Shown here in pieces: positions 1 through 9,423 of a stretch of DNA of 64,000 nt. Each line of letters opens with the position of its first letter. The first letter of the stretch is position 1. The stretch is from Spizellomyces punctatus DAOM BR117 (taxonomy: Eukaryota). The position numbers and the translations under genes are program-made. The notes beneath the pieces were generated by a model. That model did not search any database. It was not told the DNA's origin and saw only the letters and a list, made by a program, of their open reading frames with translations. The stretch lies in assembly GCA_000182565.2 (NCBI GenBank), contig KQ257457.1; one strand, written 5' to 3'.

Positions 1-2994
1 TATTTGAAAGGCGGCAGCCGCTGTAGTAGATATAATAGCATATTTTCCCATGTACACTGTGCCTTGGACTCCTAATCCACCGGCAACCTGTAATGCACCT
101 GTCGTTGTAGAGGATGCATCATTTGTTGCATCCAGTGTAACGATTCCAGTGTTCGCGAGTATTGTCAGTCCTCTAGCGGTCTGTGCTTGAAGCCGAAGGT
201 TACCAATATCGTTTCTCAACGTCATTGTGTTAACGCCTCCATCCACACTCCTATTGTTTCCGTTCAAAAACATCACTCCATTACCTCCAGAGGCCGTTAG
301 ATAAAGAATTGAACAAGCATTCGTCCCTGTATTAGTATTGGTTACAACTAGTGACCGTAGACCGCTAACAGAATTGGCTCCTCCGACGGTTAGGTCACCG
401 CCAACAAGGCATGAACCATTAGTGTCCACTCTTAGACCTAGAGTAGGCGTGCTAGATGTTCTTGGATAGATAAACATTGGTGAATCCTGAGCACCCAGCC
501 ATGTAGAGGCGGATGGGTTAAAACCAAGAAACCCTGCCCCATCAACCCCAAGCCATGTTGATTTTGAGCCGTCAAAATTACTTGAAATAAACACCGATGA
601 TTGTCCTGTTGCAGAGGCTGTAGTTTGCAGACGTGTGCCTGTTATCACTTTGCCTGAAACATTACCTCCAAAAGTAATATTATTCGAAGTTAATGCCGTT
701 ATCTGGCTTCCAACCCAAGGTTTGATGACTTCGGTATCATAATCCCTTAACATCGAGAGGTTGATCGCGGCTTGGGGGTATTCATATTTGATGGTGCGAT
801 AGCAACTCGGTACATCAAATAGTAATCGAGTACAGCCTCCAATCGGGTCTGAAGCAATTGCCACATTGCTTCCAGGCTCTAAAGGCGGCATGAAGGTAAC
901 AGGGTCGACTGGTTCGTAAACTGGATTTCCATCTCCATCGAGTATAGGTTGGCCTTCCGCATCTCGTTGAACCTTACGTTCCCTCTGACCACCGAAAATC
1001 ATTCCCCAAGGAAACGTTGAGACGATTGGGAGGATGGAGTTTACAGCCATGGGAATCGTCAGTGGTGGAGATACCATCGCAGGAAATGGAATAGTAGTCA
1101 GCGGTGTGGCCCCACTAAGAACAACAACATTCCCACCAGGGACATCAGTTTTTAAGATTTCTGCGGCGTCAGACTGTTCCGTATTATCGGTATCCCTTTG
1201 TTTCGATAACGGCGTAGGGTCAATGAGAGTGAAATTGTACAAAGGATAACTGCCGGATATGAGGAGATTTGGGCTGTTACTTACGAATTGTGGAGGAATC
1301 ATGTTGTACTGAATGGTATTACCAACAACGACCACACTTCCGTATGAATTGGTCGAGCCAACATAATTACCTCTTAAGGTATCGCCTACTCGAAGAATCG
1401 TATCACTTCCTGAAAGCGAACATGAAATCAGATCGCCACTAACTTGCACACCATTGATACCTCGGAGGTTGGTTGACAGAATGGCACCATTCTTCTGGAG
1501 TCCAATTCCCGCAGCGATGTTCGAACTGAGAACACCGTTGTTGAGAGTTAAATCGGGCTGTTGGGCTGTGAGAGATAACCTGAAATCATTTTGCACCCTT
1601 TGGATACCATTGGAGGCGGTAAACGTATCGCCTATGGTCCCGCGGCTGAGCATCATTAAGCCAGAGTTGGCATCAACTTTTAGATCGAGTTGAAGGTCAT
1701 TCTGTACTCTCTCGATACCATTGCTACAAGTCAGTACGTCTTTAATGGTATCTGCTTTGACCATTTGGAGACAACTGCCAGCCTCGCATTTGAGAGAGAG
1801 CACCACATCATTGGTCGTTCCCGGTCTAATGGAGACGCCATTAAAGTCCTGAAAAATGTAGCCACCTGTTAACTGGTTTCCTACAATCCGAACTGTTTGG
1901 TTATCAACGAGCACCCCGATTTCACGTCGTCCACTAAACTCTGGTCCGACAGCAATGGCCCCGGTTTGGCTGCCTTGGTAAAAATTGGCCATGTAATCTT
2001 TACTCACTGCATAAGAGCCTCCTCCAATAGCAGGTAATGTTGCGCTTAACTTTACATTGGGTACACGCAACTCTTGAAGCGTGGACGAATAGGTGAATGA
2101 AGAACTTCCCGAGTAGCCATAAGTAAGGTTCCCATACATGATTTGTTCATATCCGGGTGATTTCAGGGATAATCGAGAGCCGGCTTGCGTGAATGTAGAG
2201 GTGTCAGTCATCAATCTAATCGCTGTCATGTCCACTTCCCCCAGAGCGTCTGTTAGTTCACTGAGAGATGAGAAGCCAAAATCGAGCCAACTGCTTCCGA
2301 TATCTAAGATTGAGTCTGCTCCAGACGATGTTCTTATCGCCCCGAACGCCTTAAACAGTTGACTAGTATTGGTTTCCAATTCGTCTTCATTGTTCACCTT
2401 TAGACTTTTATGAAGTTTGATTCCAAGGCCATTATCCCGATACAATGGTTTCTTGAGCGTTTCTAAAGGCGGAGGTGGTGGAAAGTTTACTGATAAGCCA
2501 TTTTCAGTAATGGATAACGAATCGTCTGCACGAATACCAACTGTGCGTATTTCGTAATCCCTGTAGAGCGGAAACTCATAATTGTCCGGAATCACTTTTA
2601 GTTTTTCTTGTTCTACAGTTAAACATGAATCATCAATCTGAAGTTCGATATCATGATCCTCTTTTGAGTAGACAAGAGGAGAATGTGCGGTTACATCGAT
2701 TGTGGTCAAGCGACTGTCCTCATCAATCTCAAGTCTCTCGTTGTCAACATTTAATCCAACGGATACGACGCCATGTTCATTCGTACAAGGCAAGCATTCA
2801 GAGGTGGTTTCAAAAGAGTTGACTTCTAACTCACCATTCTCGTTTGATACTTTTTTGAATTCTCCAACGGCAAACCCCTTGATCTTGGCTCCTGCATCGA
2901 AGCCAACCATTTCGCCTGTCACATACGGTGACAGTAGATTAGTGTTATCTACTGTTCGTAAACCAGATGCGTTTCGTGAATTTATTCCGCTCAT
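1..2994 (-). CDS. Giant fibre/spike-like virion protein of element A (5' part, runs off window)
   Basis: ATG at 2994 (MSGINSRNASGL...) is in frame with the codons at position 1 (...STTAAAAFQI). Collinear with 28559-31560 of element B. Contains PLYRD..VG..DDSL.ITENGLSV shaft-like repeats and a TNDASSTTTGALQVAGGLGV motif. Confidence 0.75.
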   Translation of the reverse strand, partial: MSGINSRNASGLRTVDNTNLLSPYVTGEMVGFDAGAKIKGFAVGEFKKVSNENGELEVNSFETTSECLPCTNEHGVVSVGLNVDNERLEIDEDSRLTTIDVTAHSPLVYSKEDHDIELQIDDSCLTVEQEKLKVIPDNYEFPLYRDYEIRTVGIRADDSLSITENGLSVNFPPPPPLETLKKPLYRDNGLGIKLHKSLKVNNEDELETNTSQLFKAFGAIRTSSGADSILDIGSSWLDFGFSSLSELTDALGEVDMTAIRLMTDTSTFTQAGSRLSLKSPGYEQIMYGNLTYGYSGSSSFTYSSTLQELRVPNVKLSATLPAIGGGSYAVSKDYMANFYQGSQTGAIAVGPEFSGRREIGVLVDNQTVRIVGNQLTGGYIFQDFNGVSIRPGTTNDVVLSLKCEAGSCLQMVKADTIKDVLTCSNGIERVQNDLQLDLKVDANSGLMMLSRGTIGDTFTASNGIQRVQNDFRLSLTAQQPDLTLNNGVLSSNIAAGIGLQKNGAILSTNLRGINGVQVSGDLISCSLSGSDTILRVGDTLRGNYVGSTNSYGSVVVVGNTIQYNMIPPQFVSNSPNLLISGSYPLYNFTLIDPTPLSKQRDTDNTEQSDAAEILKTDVPGGNVVVLSGATPLTTIPFPAMVSPPLTIPMAVNSILPIVSTFPWGMIFGGQRERKVQRDAEGQPILDGDGNPVYEPVDPVTFMPPLEPGSNVAIASDPIGGCTRLLFDVPSCYRTIKYEYPQAAINLSMLRDYDTEVIKPWVGSQITALTSNNITFGGNVSGKVITGTRLQTTASATGQSSVFISSNFDGSKSTWLGVDGAGFLGFNPSASTWLGAQDSPMFIYPRTSSTPTLGLRVDTNGSCLVGGDLTVGGANSVSGLRSLVVTNTNTGTNACSILYLTASGGNGVMFLNGNNRSVDGGVNTMTLRNDIGNLRLQAQTARGLTILANTGIVTLDATNDASSTTTGALQVAGGLGVQGTVYMGKYAIISTTAAAAFQI

Positions 2995-3056
2995 TTAACT
3001 TAAGAAAGTAAAAATTAAGCTGATCAGCCTCGTGTTACCTCGTGTGAGCCGCGCTG

Positions 3057-3104
3057 TCATGTGATTTATCATGTCCTGGACATGTTAGTCCCCGATCATG
3101 GCTC
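3057..3104. promoter_or_regulatory. Palindromic CATGTCCnGGACATG motif upstream of fibre gene (copy 1 of 3)
   Basis: Inverted ~48-bp homology to 12561-12610; the core also occurs at 9328-9342. Confidence 0.5.
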
Positions 3105-4602
3105 ACATTATCCTCTGTTTCTTCCTCGGTGGAAGTGTGACATCCTCTGCTCCTTTCCTCTGCCTACTTCGAACTGTAGGTTCGACATGAACTGTTGCCT
3201 GTGTTGGAACCGGTGGTACAACATATTCCGCTTCACGTTGTCCTCTTAGACGAGTGAGAGGACGTACTTCGCTTCCCAAGTCCGCAGTCAATGGTACTAG
3301 CGTTGGCGGGTTAAGTGCCATCGGTGCTAAGACTGGATCAACATTGACCCTTCTCCTGCGGGAAGCACGTACAGACCTCTCGACTTCTTCAGGATTTTGT
3401 AACACTATTTCCTCTAGAGCAGGCTCCTCTACATGTTCGGCATCGATTCTCCGTCTTTTTATCGTCTGCTTATCCTCTGGCTGTTTATACTGTCTTCGCT
3501 TGGTTCCGTGAGGAGCACGTCCGGCAAAAAGCACATCTGGGGGACGTGGAGGAGCAACAGGTGGAGGGGTTGCTGGTGGAGTTACCGGCTCTAGATTTAT
3601 TCCTTCTACAACATCATGCTCTGCATCACCTGTTTTTTGCTTCTTTTTATTCAATCGAGGAATCGGTGGAGGCGCATTCGCCTTTCTTTTGGAACCCGCT
3701 AATACGGCTGGTTCTTTACCTTTGAAATGGAATGGTGTCCTTGCAGGAACAGAAATAAACTGTTCATTCACCGAGTTTCTCTCCAAAACATCTGCCACAT
3801 CAGATGGATTTTGATGGTCATTCATAATTACCGTATCGTGAGGAATTGGTGCGCTACGAGGCATTGTTTCCACTGAGGCATCGATTTGAGGAGATTCCAC
3901 ATGTACCTGTGGAGTCGAGCCAGGGAAACCGCCTGGGATAGGTGGAATATAGGCATCGCCCATTGTCATCGCATCTAATGGAACTGCGACACCAGTCGCA
4001 TGATTGACATGGTCATTTCCAAATGCATCTCGTCTAATTTCCGTCTCCCTTGTTAAAATAACAGGTTCTAGTGGACTTGAGTTTACATTTCTTGGTTGTG
4101 CCGGAATTTCATTTCCATTCGGTGGTGCCTGAAACATTAGACCTGTTTGACTCGTAACAGATGCCGGATAGTGAAACACAGTTCCTGATTCATCTGGAAT
4201 TGGTAATCCAGATGTAGACGCTTGTGTTCCAATAGTTAGAGCGTTCCCTCGACGACTGGGGGTAATAGAATCAAGATACTTCTGTTTTTTACGATAATCT
4301 TCCTCTGCTTTAACATATTCAAGACCGTCCTTGTAAGCCTGGGTTGTTTGTTGTGCGGCAGATATTTTCAGAACATCAGAAGATGAGAGTCGTGGCTCAT
4401 ATTTCGGCTCGGTGTAATTTTCTTTAGTTGCTAAATCTTTATCATGAATGTTCCTGTTCCATGAATACACTACTTTTGCTCGGCCAAGGTCATCGACCTT
4501 TGAATAGTCTAGAGCGACCCCAACTTGTCTCTTTTGCAAATTAGGAATTGGTGGACTTATAGCATAAGTATCGCTTAAGTAATTTGCTCTGTAGTACGCC
4601 AT
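3103..4602 (-). CDS. Hypothetical viral protein, Pro-rich and basic C-terminus with NLS-like clusters
   Basis: 499-aa intronless ORF inside the viral cluster, with KRK/KKKQK/RRRR clusters. Confidence 0.7.
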   Translation of the reverse strand: MAYYRANYLSDTYAISPPIPNLQKRQVGVALDYSKVDDLGRAKVVYSWNRNIHDKDLATKENYTEPKYEPRLSSSDVLKISAAQQTTQAYKDGLEYVKAEEDYRKKQKYLDSITPSRRGNALTIGTQASTSGLPIPDESGTVFHYPASVTSQTGLMFQAPPNGNEIPAQPRNVNSSPLEPVILTRETEIRRDAFGNDHVNHATGVAVPLDAMTMGDAYIPPIPGGFPGSTPQVHVESPQIDASVETMPRSAPIPHDTVIMNDHQNPSDVADVLERNSVNEQFISVPARTPFHFKGKEPAVLAGSKRKANAPPPIPRLNKKKQKTGDAEHDVVEGINLEPVTPPATPPPVAPPRPPDVLFAGRAPHGTKRRQYKQPEDKQTIKRRRIDAEHVEEPALEEIVLQNPEEVERSVRASRRRRVNVDPVLAPMALNPPTLVPLTADLGSEVRPLTRLRGQREAEYVVPPVPTQATVHVEPTVRSRQRKGAEDVTLPPRKKQRIM

Positions 4603-4659
4603 TATTTCCTTTATGTAGAGCTGATAAAATAATATCTCCTCTCTTCTATAAAAATCAAT

Positions 4660-4959
4660 ATGCCTAATTGGTTTTCGAAAGCAAAAGCAAAAGCCAATGT
4701 TTTATGGAACAATGCGCCGTCATATGTTGCAAAAGCAAGGAACTTTGCTAATCAAGCAGTCCGGCATGCCACTACATTGAATAAACATGTGCAGCACGTA
4801 AATCGCCAAGTACAAGAGTCACCGCTTTTCTCAGCAGGAGTCCGAGAGAAAAGTCAAAAGATTTCTAGTCATGGTGAGACCGGTTTGAAGAAACTACAAG
4901 AACTCCACAAGAACGCTGACGACTTCGTGGAACGGGTAAGGGGCGGTCCTATCGAGTAA
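4660..4959 (+). CDS. Small amphipathic-helix virion protein candidate
   Basis: 99-aa ORF, homologous to the stop-interrupted ORF 25984-26301 (NFANQAVRHA vs NGIRQFVNHA, shared VRE). Confidence 0.65.
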   Translation: MPNWFSKAKAKANVLWNNAPSYVAKARNFANQAVRHATTLNKHVQHVNRQVQESPLFSAGVREKSQKISSHGETGLKKLQELHKNADDFVERVRGGPIE

Positions 4960-5126
4960 ACCTATATTGTTCACTTCAACATAATTAAGCTTTACATGAA
5001 ATAACAACTTGCAAGAACTACTCTACATTATTGAGTTTGTATGAGCAGCCCTCTTTTTCATTCAATTCTTGTGCCTTCCTGTTGTAAGCAATAAGTGCAT
5101 CCCTTTTCCCAATGCCGGCATCGGCA

Positions 5127-6491
5127 TCAAACCACGGTAACAACAGCACCAATGGAAAGTGTAACATTCTCGAAATAACACGTCACCATGCGCACCTTTT
5201 GCGTAGGTGCCGTTGCATGAGTTGTATGCACACGAAGCAAACCATCGCTGCCAGTAAATGAGAGTGCCGCATTACTGCCTTCATCCTTTGATGCAAATGA
5301 CCAGCCAAATGAGAATGCCTTGGAATCATAGTCGGCGAACGACATGTCCATATCTCCTAATTGGTCAAAGTTGTTATTTGACAATTGTGTGACAAGCAGT
5401 GTTTGATTATCACTCGGTGAATGTGTGAAGCCTTGTATTCCACTTGGAATGGTCAAGTTCGGGCCGATTTGCATACGCCACTCGCGTAGTCCCTGGGACG
5501 AATACATTAACGCTTTATCTTTTGTGGTATCATTCAAAACGTCGTCATCGATAAAGGACATCTCCACACCCTGGAGAGAGCGAACGCCAGACATATGGAG
5601 CAAGAAGGTGTTCCGGTTTCCGCCACTACATGCATTTTCCGTTTGGGTTGAGCGCACATAGTCATAGAATATTGATTTACCGTCCGAAATAGCACGAGTC
5701 GCGTTGACAACGGTCGTCGGAGGAGGAGTGATATAAGGGACCAAACACCGAATGTTGGAAACCCGAATCTCACCTACACCGGCGCTTGTAAACACTGTGT
5801 TCGGGTCTGCGAGGGTGATAATGATTTCTAACGCCTGATTTGGAAGGGCCCACACAGGGAAGAACTGGTCATTCGATGGATGGCAAAAACCGACGAACGG
5901 GTGGTGATTAATGGAAATGGTACTTGATGTTGCAAAGATGTTGGTGTTTCCATATCCGGAAAGTTGGCTCAACAATTTCTTACTACCGGTGGATAGATTG
6001 CGGTACGTTTGTACTAGATAAAGAGGATAGTTTGGAATGTTAACAACAGTTTCTCCCCCTGCTTTGATGGTTAATGATTGAATAATGGATTCTAAGCCAA
6101 GGTACGTATTTTTAACACCTGTACCAGGAGTTATCAGGTTCCCTGCATTATCGTATGCAGAGACATCCATGGAGAGAATGAGTTTTTGCAGAATGAAACT
6201 CACCGAATTAGAGTCACAAGTTATCTTGATTGGGGTCAGGTTACGACTTTTTGTCGTATATGTGCTTTGACCAATCGGACTATAGATTGACACGCCTTCC
6301 CACGGGGGTCTGAGTACCCCCTCGNNNNNNNNNNNNNNNNNNNNNNNNNNNNNNNNNNNNNNNNNNNNNNNNNNNNNNNNNNNNNNNNNNNNNNNNNNNN
6401 NNNNNNNNNNNNNNNNNNNNNNNNNNNNNNNNNNNNNNNNNNNNNNNNNNNNNNTGTCATTGGCATATGAATTGTAATCAAATTCAACCAT
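5127..6491 (-). CDS. Major capsid protein (double jelly-roll, PLV type), element A; contains N gap
   Basis: ~450 aa and beta-rich, with a GLESIIQSLTIKAGGETVVNIPNY segment typical of PLV MCP N-lobes. Lies next to the minor capsid and ATPase and aligns weakly to 23332-24459. Confidence 0.75.
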   Translation of the reverse strand: MVEFDYNSYANDXXXXXXXXXXXXXXXXXXXXXXXXXXXXXXXXXXXXXXXXXXXXEGVLRPPWEGVSIYSPIGQSTYTTKSRNLTPIKITCDSNSVSFILQKLILSMDVSAYDNAGNLITPGTGVKNTYLGLESIIQSLTIKAGGETVVNIPNYPLYLVQTYRNLSTGSKKLLSQLSGYGNTNIFATSSTISINHHPFVGFCHPSNDQFFPVWALPNQALEIIITLADPNTVFTSAGVGEIRVSNIRCLVPYITPPPTTVVNATRAISDGKSIFYDYVRSTQTENACSGGNRNTFLLHMSGVRSLQGVEMSFIDDDVLNDTTKDKALMYSSQGLREWRMQIGPNLTIPSGIQGFTHSPSDNQTLLVTQLSNNNFDQLGDMDMSFADYDSKAFSFGWSFASKDEGSNAALSFTGSDGLLRVHTTHATAPTQKVRMVTCYFENVTLSIGAVVTVV

Positions 6492-6978
6492 ACACCCTGA
6501 CCATTCGTCCTGTAGAGTCTTTAATGGTTGAAAGGTGCAGGCGCTTTGACTTCGTCCCAGCGCTCCCCCTTTGGGGGGTCGCTGTCCTTCGAACCGCGCG
6601 GCTCACTGTAGCGGGTTGCTTCTTCTTCGGTGCATTTGAGGCCTTTGCTCTCTTCATGGCTCGCTCCTCTTTCTCTTTCCTTTTTCTTTCCTTCTCTTGC
6701 TCAAGAACGCGTTTCGCTTCATCGAGTTTCATCTGCTTCTCCTGCTCTTCCCTTTCCTGTTCACGTTTGGCCTGCATCTCACGTAACTGTGCGGCTCGGG
6801 CCTTTTGGGCCTTCTCTAATGCGGCCCTTTGCTTATCTGTCATTGGACGCTTTACTTTCTGCATAGGAGGTTGTTCTGGTTTCTTTTCTGCTTGTTGAAC
6901 AGGGACTTGTTCTGTGGGTTTTTCTACATTCTCTTGTGGAGCGGCGCTCGATTCTTGATTTGGATCTAATTCTTCCAT
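6484..6978 (-). CDS. Charged coiled-coil/basic viral protein
   Basis: KRPMTDKQRAALEKAQKARAAQLRE resembles KRTASEKQQAHLEKSRENALQVRRE in 27706-28500. Confidence 0.65.
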   Translation of the reverse strand: MEELDPNQESSAAPQENVEKPTEQVPVQQAEKKPEQPPMQKVKRPMTDKQRAALEKAQKARAAQLREMQAKREQEREEQEKQMKLDEAKRVLEQEKERKRKEKEERAMKRAKASNAPKKKQPATVSRAVRRTATPQRGSAGTKSKRLHLSTIKDSTGRMVRVYG

Positions 6979-7015
6979 TTGTTTCTTCCTTACACAGAAA
7001 AAAAAAATCATAAGA

Positions 7016-7735
7016 TTAGACATCCGCTACATCATCTGAAAATGCAAAACGAACCGTTAAGGGACTATTCAATGCAACTTCCAAACCGGTCATCGAGTCA
7101 ATCAGATAGAATTCGATTTTAGATATGGTATCATCTACGGGAAGCCATTCTCCCCCATCATTGGTCCAGGTCACTACATCACCGAAACTATCAGGGACAA
7201 CTGCAGCAACTACAGATTGCGCAGAATCATTGAAGTCACTGAGGTAGCGGCTTCCCTTTACTTGAATGTTACTCGTGAGTAGAACTGGATATGAACCCGA
7301 GAGGTTAACTGGGTTCTTCAATGTTACCATTTGGTAATATCCAGTCTCGGTCCAGCGAGACTGCCCGGTCAAAATGTAGGCCGTAGTTCCACGTGTGGCT
7401 GGCAGGATTTTGAACTTCTTAGGCCCTGTTGCTGCTATGGAAATCTTCCTGCTCACTCCATCATAACTAACAGTATAACTCTGTGTTCCGGCGGCGCTCA
7501 TAGCGTCTGCTACTGCTAATGGGAAGTTTGCAATACTGTAGTTTCCGGGCGCGATGGTTGCATTATAAATCGTACTATCGCCTTCTTCTACAAATGCTAT
7601 AACATTATTTGCACTAGATACCAAGTCCCAATCCTGAAGGAAACTCACGGAGAGCACCTTCATCATCTCCATCCTCCTAGGAGGAATGGAAAATGACCTC
7701 GACTTCAGACTGCAATATGTAATCTCGTTAATCAT
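7016..7735 (-). CDS. Minor capsid (penton-like single jelly-roll) protein, element A
   Basis: 239 aa with TIAPGNYS, YTVSYD and NPVNLSG motifs; homologous to 25213-25956 (IPPGTYS, YTVEYN, NPIDLTG). Confidence 0.75.
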   Translation of the reverse strand: MINEITYCSLKSRSFSIPPRRMEMMKVLSVSFLQDWDLVSSANNVIAFVEEGDSTIYNATIAPGNYSIANFPLAVADAMSAAGTQSYTVSYDGVSRKISIAATGPKKFKILPATRGTTAYILTGQSRWTETGYYQMVTLKNPVNLSGSYPVLLTSNIQVKGSRYLSDFNDSAQSVVAAVVPDSFGDVVTWTNDGGEWLPVDDTISKIEFYLIDSMTGLEVALNSPLTVRFAFSDDVADV

Positions 7736-7776
7736 GATATTTCCTTACCTTTTATGTAAAGACAAAGGAAATTTAA

Positions 7777-8490
7777 ATGTCCTATAAACCACGCCCAATC
7801 TTTCCAGCGGGTAAGAAGAAGAAAGACAATCGCATCCCAGTTGACCTCGCTTCACCGCCTCTATGTACTACGTTGGTTGCCCCAAGGAAAAGTGGTAAGT
7901 CAGCATTAGTTTGTGGTCTGATAGAGGATGTGTATGCAAAGTGTCATGACAAAGTCATTCTGATGAGCGACACCGTTGAGTATGATGCTTCGGTGAAAAC
8001 GTTGGCTAAAACAACAAAACATGATAACATCTATTCCACAGATGAGGTATCGAATGCCTCTATAGCAAAGATTGTGGAAGAACAAAAAAAAGCACACAAG
8101 GATGAAGGTAAGTCATTATTATTGTTCATCAATGATGCCGGAGACTCGGCTAGGAGTGCCGACTTAAATCGAGAGTTATCTAAATTGTACACAAAATGCC
8201 GGCACTTTGGGATTTCCTTGTGTGTGGCTATACAAAGTGTCACTTCACAGATATCCAGAAAAATGAAGAACTGTACAACAGAATGGATTGTCTTTAAGAA
8301 CAATGCAGAGGATATGAAACTACTCGCAAAGATGTTAACGTCGGCCTACAAAGAAGAAAAAGAGGTATTGAAATATCTCACTGAATGCACCACACAACCG
8401 TATTCATTTTGTTATGTTAACATGGCAGCAAACAATGCTAAGGACATGTATCGTTATTCCGATTCAGAAGGGTTCAAGGATTATTTTTAG
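7777..8490 (+). CDS. A32/FtsK-HerA family genome packaging ATPase, element A
   Basis: Walker A APRKSGKS, Walker B LLLFINDAG (IDD expected), arginine-finger motif KCRHFGIS followed by a Q sensor. Confidence 0.88.
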   Translation: MSYKPRPIFPAGKKKKDNRIPVDLASPPLCTTLVAPRKSGKSALVCGLIEDVYAKCHDKVILMSDTVEYDASVKTLAKTTKHDNIYSTDEVSNASIAKIVEEQKKAHKDEGKSLLLFINDAGDSARSADLNRELSKLYTKCRHFGISLCVAIQSVTSQISRKMKNCTTEWIVFKNNAEDMKLLAKMLTSAYKEEKEVLKYLTECTTQPYSFCYVNMAANNAKDMYRYSDSEGFKDYF

Positions 8491-8504
8491 CCATGCGAAG
8501 CCGA

Positions 8505-9236
8505 TTACAATGCACACATGATATAGCCCAAATCCTTGAACACATTGATGAAGTCATCACCTAAAGGATAGCTGCGGTCTGAATCATAATAAATAACCAT
8601 TCGACCAAATGGGTCTTGATGTTGTTTCTTTGTAGATGCCGATGCCGGCATTGGCGCTCCGCGCCGGCATGGTTTCGTTTCCCATTGAACTCGTTTCGCC
8701 AGAAAACAAACCATTCCTTCTGTTAACAATCTTTTGGCCCATTTCCGATCCGGTGTACAGGGGGTAATAGCTAAGATTTGCTTCACATTGCCTCTATCAA
8801 TTTCCGAAAAAGCCTTTTCGAAAAACTGTTCGAGGAGGCGGTGCGGACCCTTAATACCGGCTTCCTCTGGGCACATCGCGGAACCGGGCGGGTTCAGGAA
8901 AACTGTTTCTCCTTTCCACTCATTCATCAAAAGGGCGTTGATAAATGTACCATCCTTTTGGTAACCAAAGGTTTTCCTTGCTCGAATGTGGCTTTGCTCA
9001 TTTGAGCACGGGTCTAAGTCAAATATCGGGATGAATGAATGAACAACCTCTGCTAGACTACTGGGGGTGTTATAGACATTATTCACTCCAAGTCTAATGA
9101 ATTTGTTTTGTTCTTTCGCTTTGCGGGACATATTTGGATTTCTGGTTAGCTTGTAGGATTTCTCCATGGAATGTTTTTTATGCAAAAATCCATTCTCATC
9201 TTTTTGACCATGATATGTCAATATCGGCATACACAT
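8505..9236 (-). CDS. Phage Dam-like DNA N6-adenine methyltransferase
   Basis: YNTP...FDLDPCS...W.GETVFLNPPG motifs in the order seen in the phage Dam family; NPPG instead of NPPY/F. Confidence 0.72.
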   Translation of the reverse strand: MCMPILTYHGQKDENGFLHKKHSMEKSYKLTRNPNMSRKAKEQNKFIRLGVNNVYNTPSSLAEVVHSFIPIFDLDPCSNEQSHIRARKTFGYQKDGTFINALLMNEWKGETVFLNPPGSAMCPEEAGIKGPHRLLEQFFEKAFSEIDRGNVKQILAITPCTPDRKWAKRLLTEGMVCFLAKRVQWETKPCRRGAPMPASASTKKQHQDPFGRMVIYYDSDRSYPLGDDFINVFKDLGYIMCAL

Positions 9237-9423
9237 AGATCATCCGTACGTTGAAGCTTTCACTAGAAAGGAAAAAGCCACAGATCTATTAATAGACCTC
9301 TTTCCCAATCCGGAAAAGTGTGGCTATCATGTCTGGGACATGTTAGCTCCATGGAATAACATAAAAGAAGTCAACGAGCCTCTTCCCCTCCCCCCTCATC
9401 TCATTCACACACAATTCTCCACC

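Noticed and set aside
3070-3084. p53-type response element
   Set aside because: CATG half-sites resemble it, but spacing is off by one and no p53 is expected in fungi; kept only as a generic palindrome
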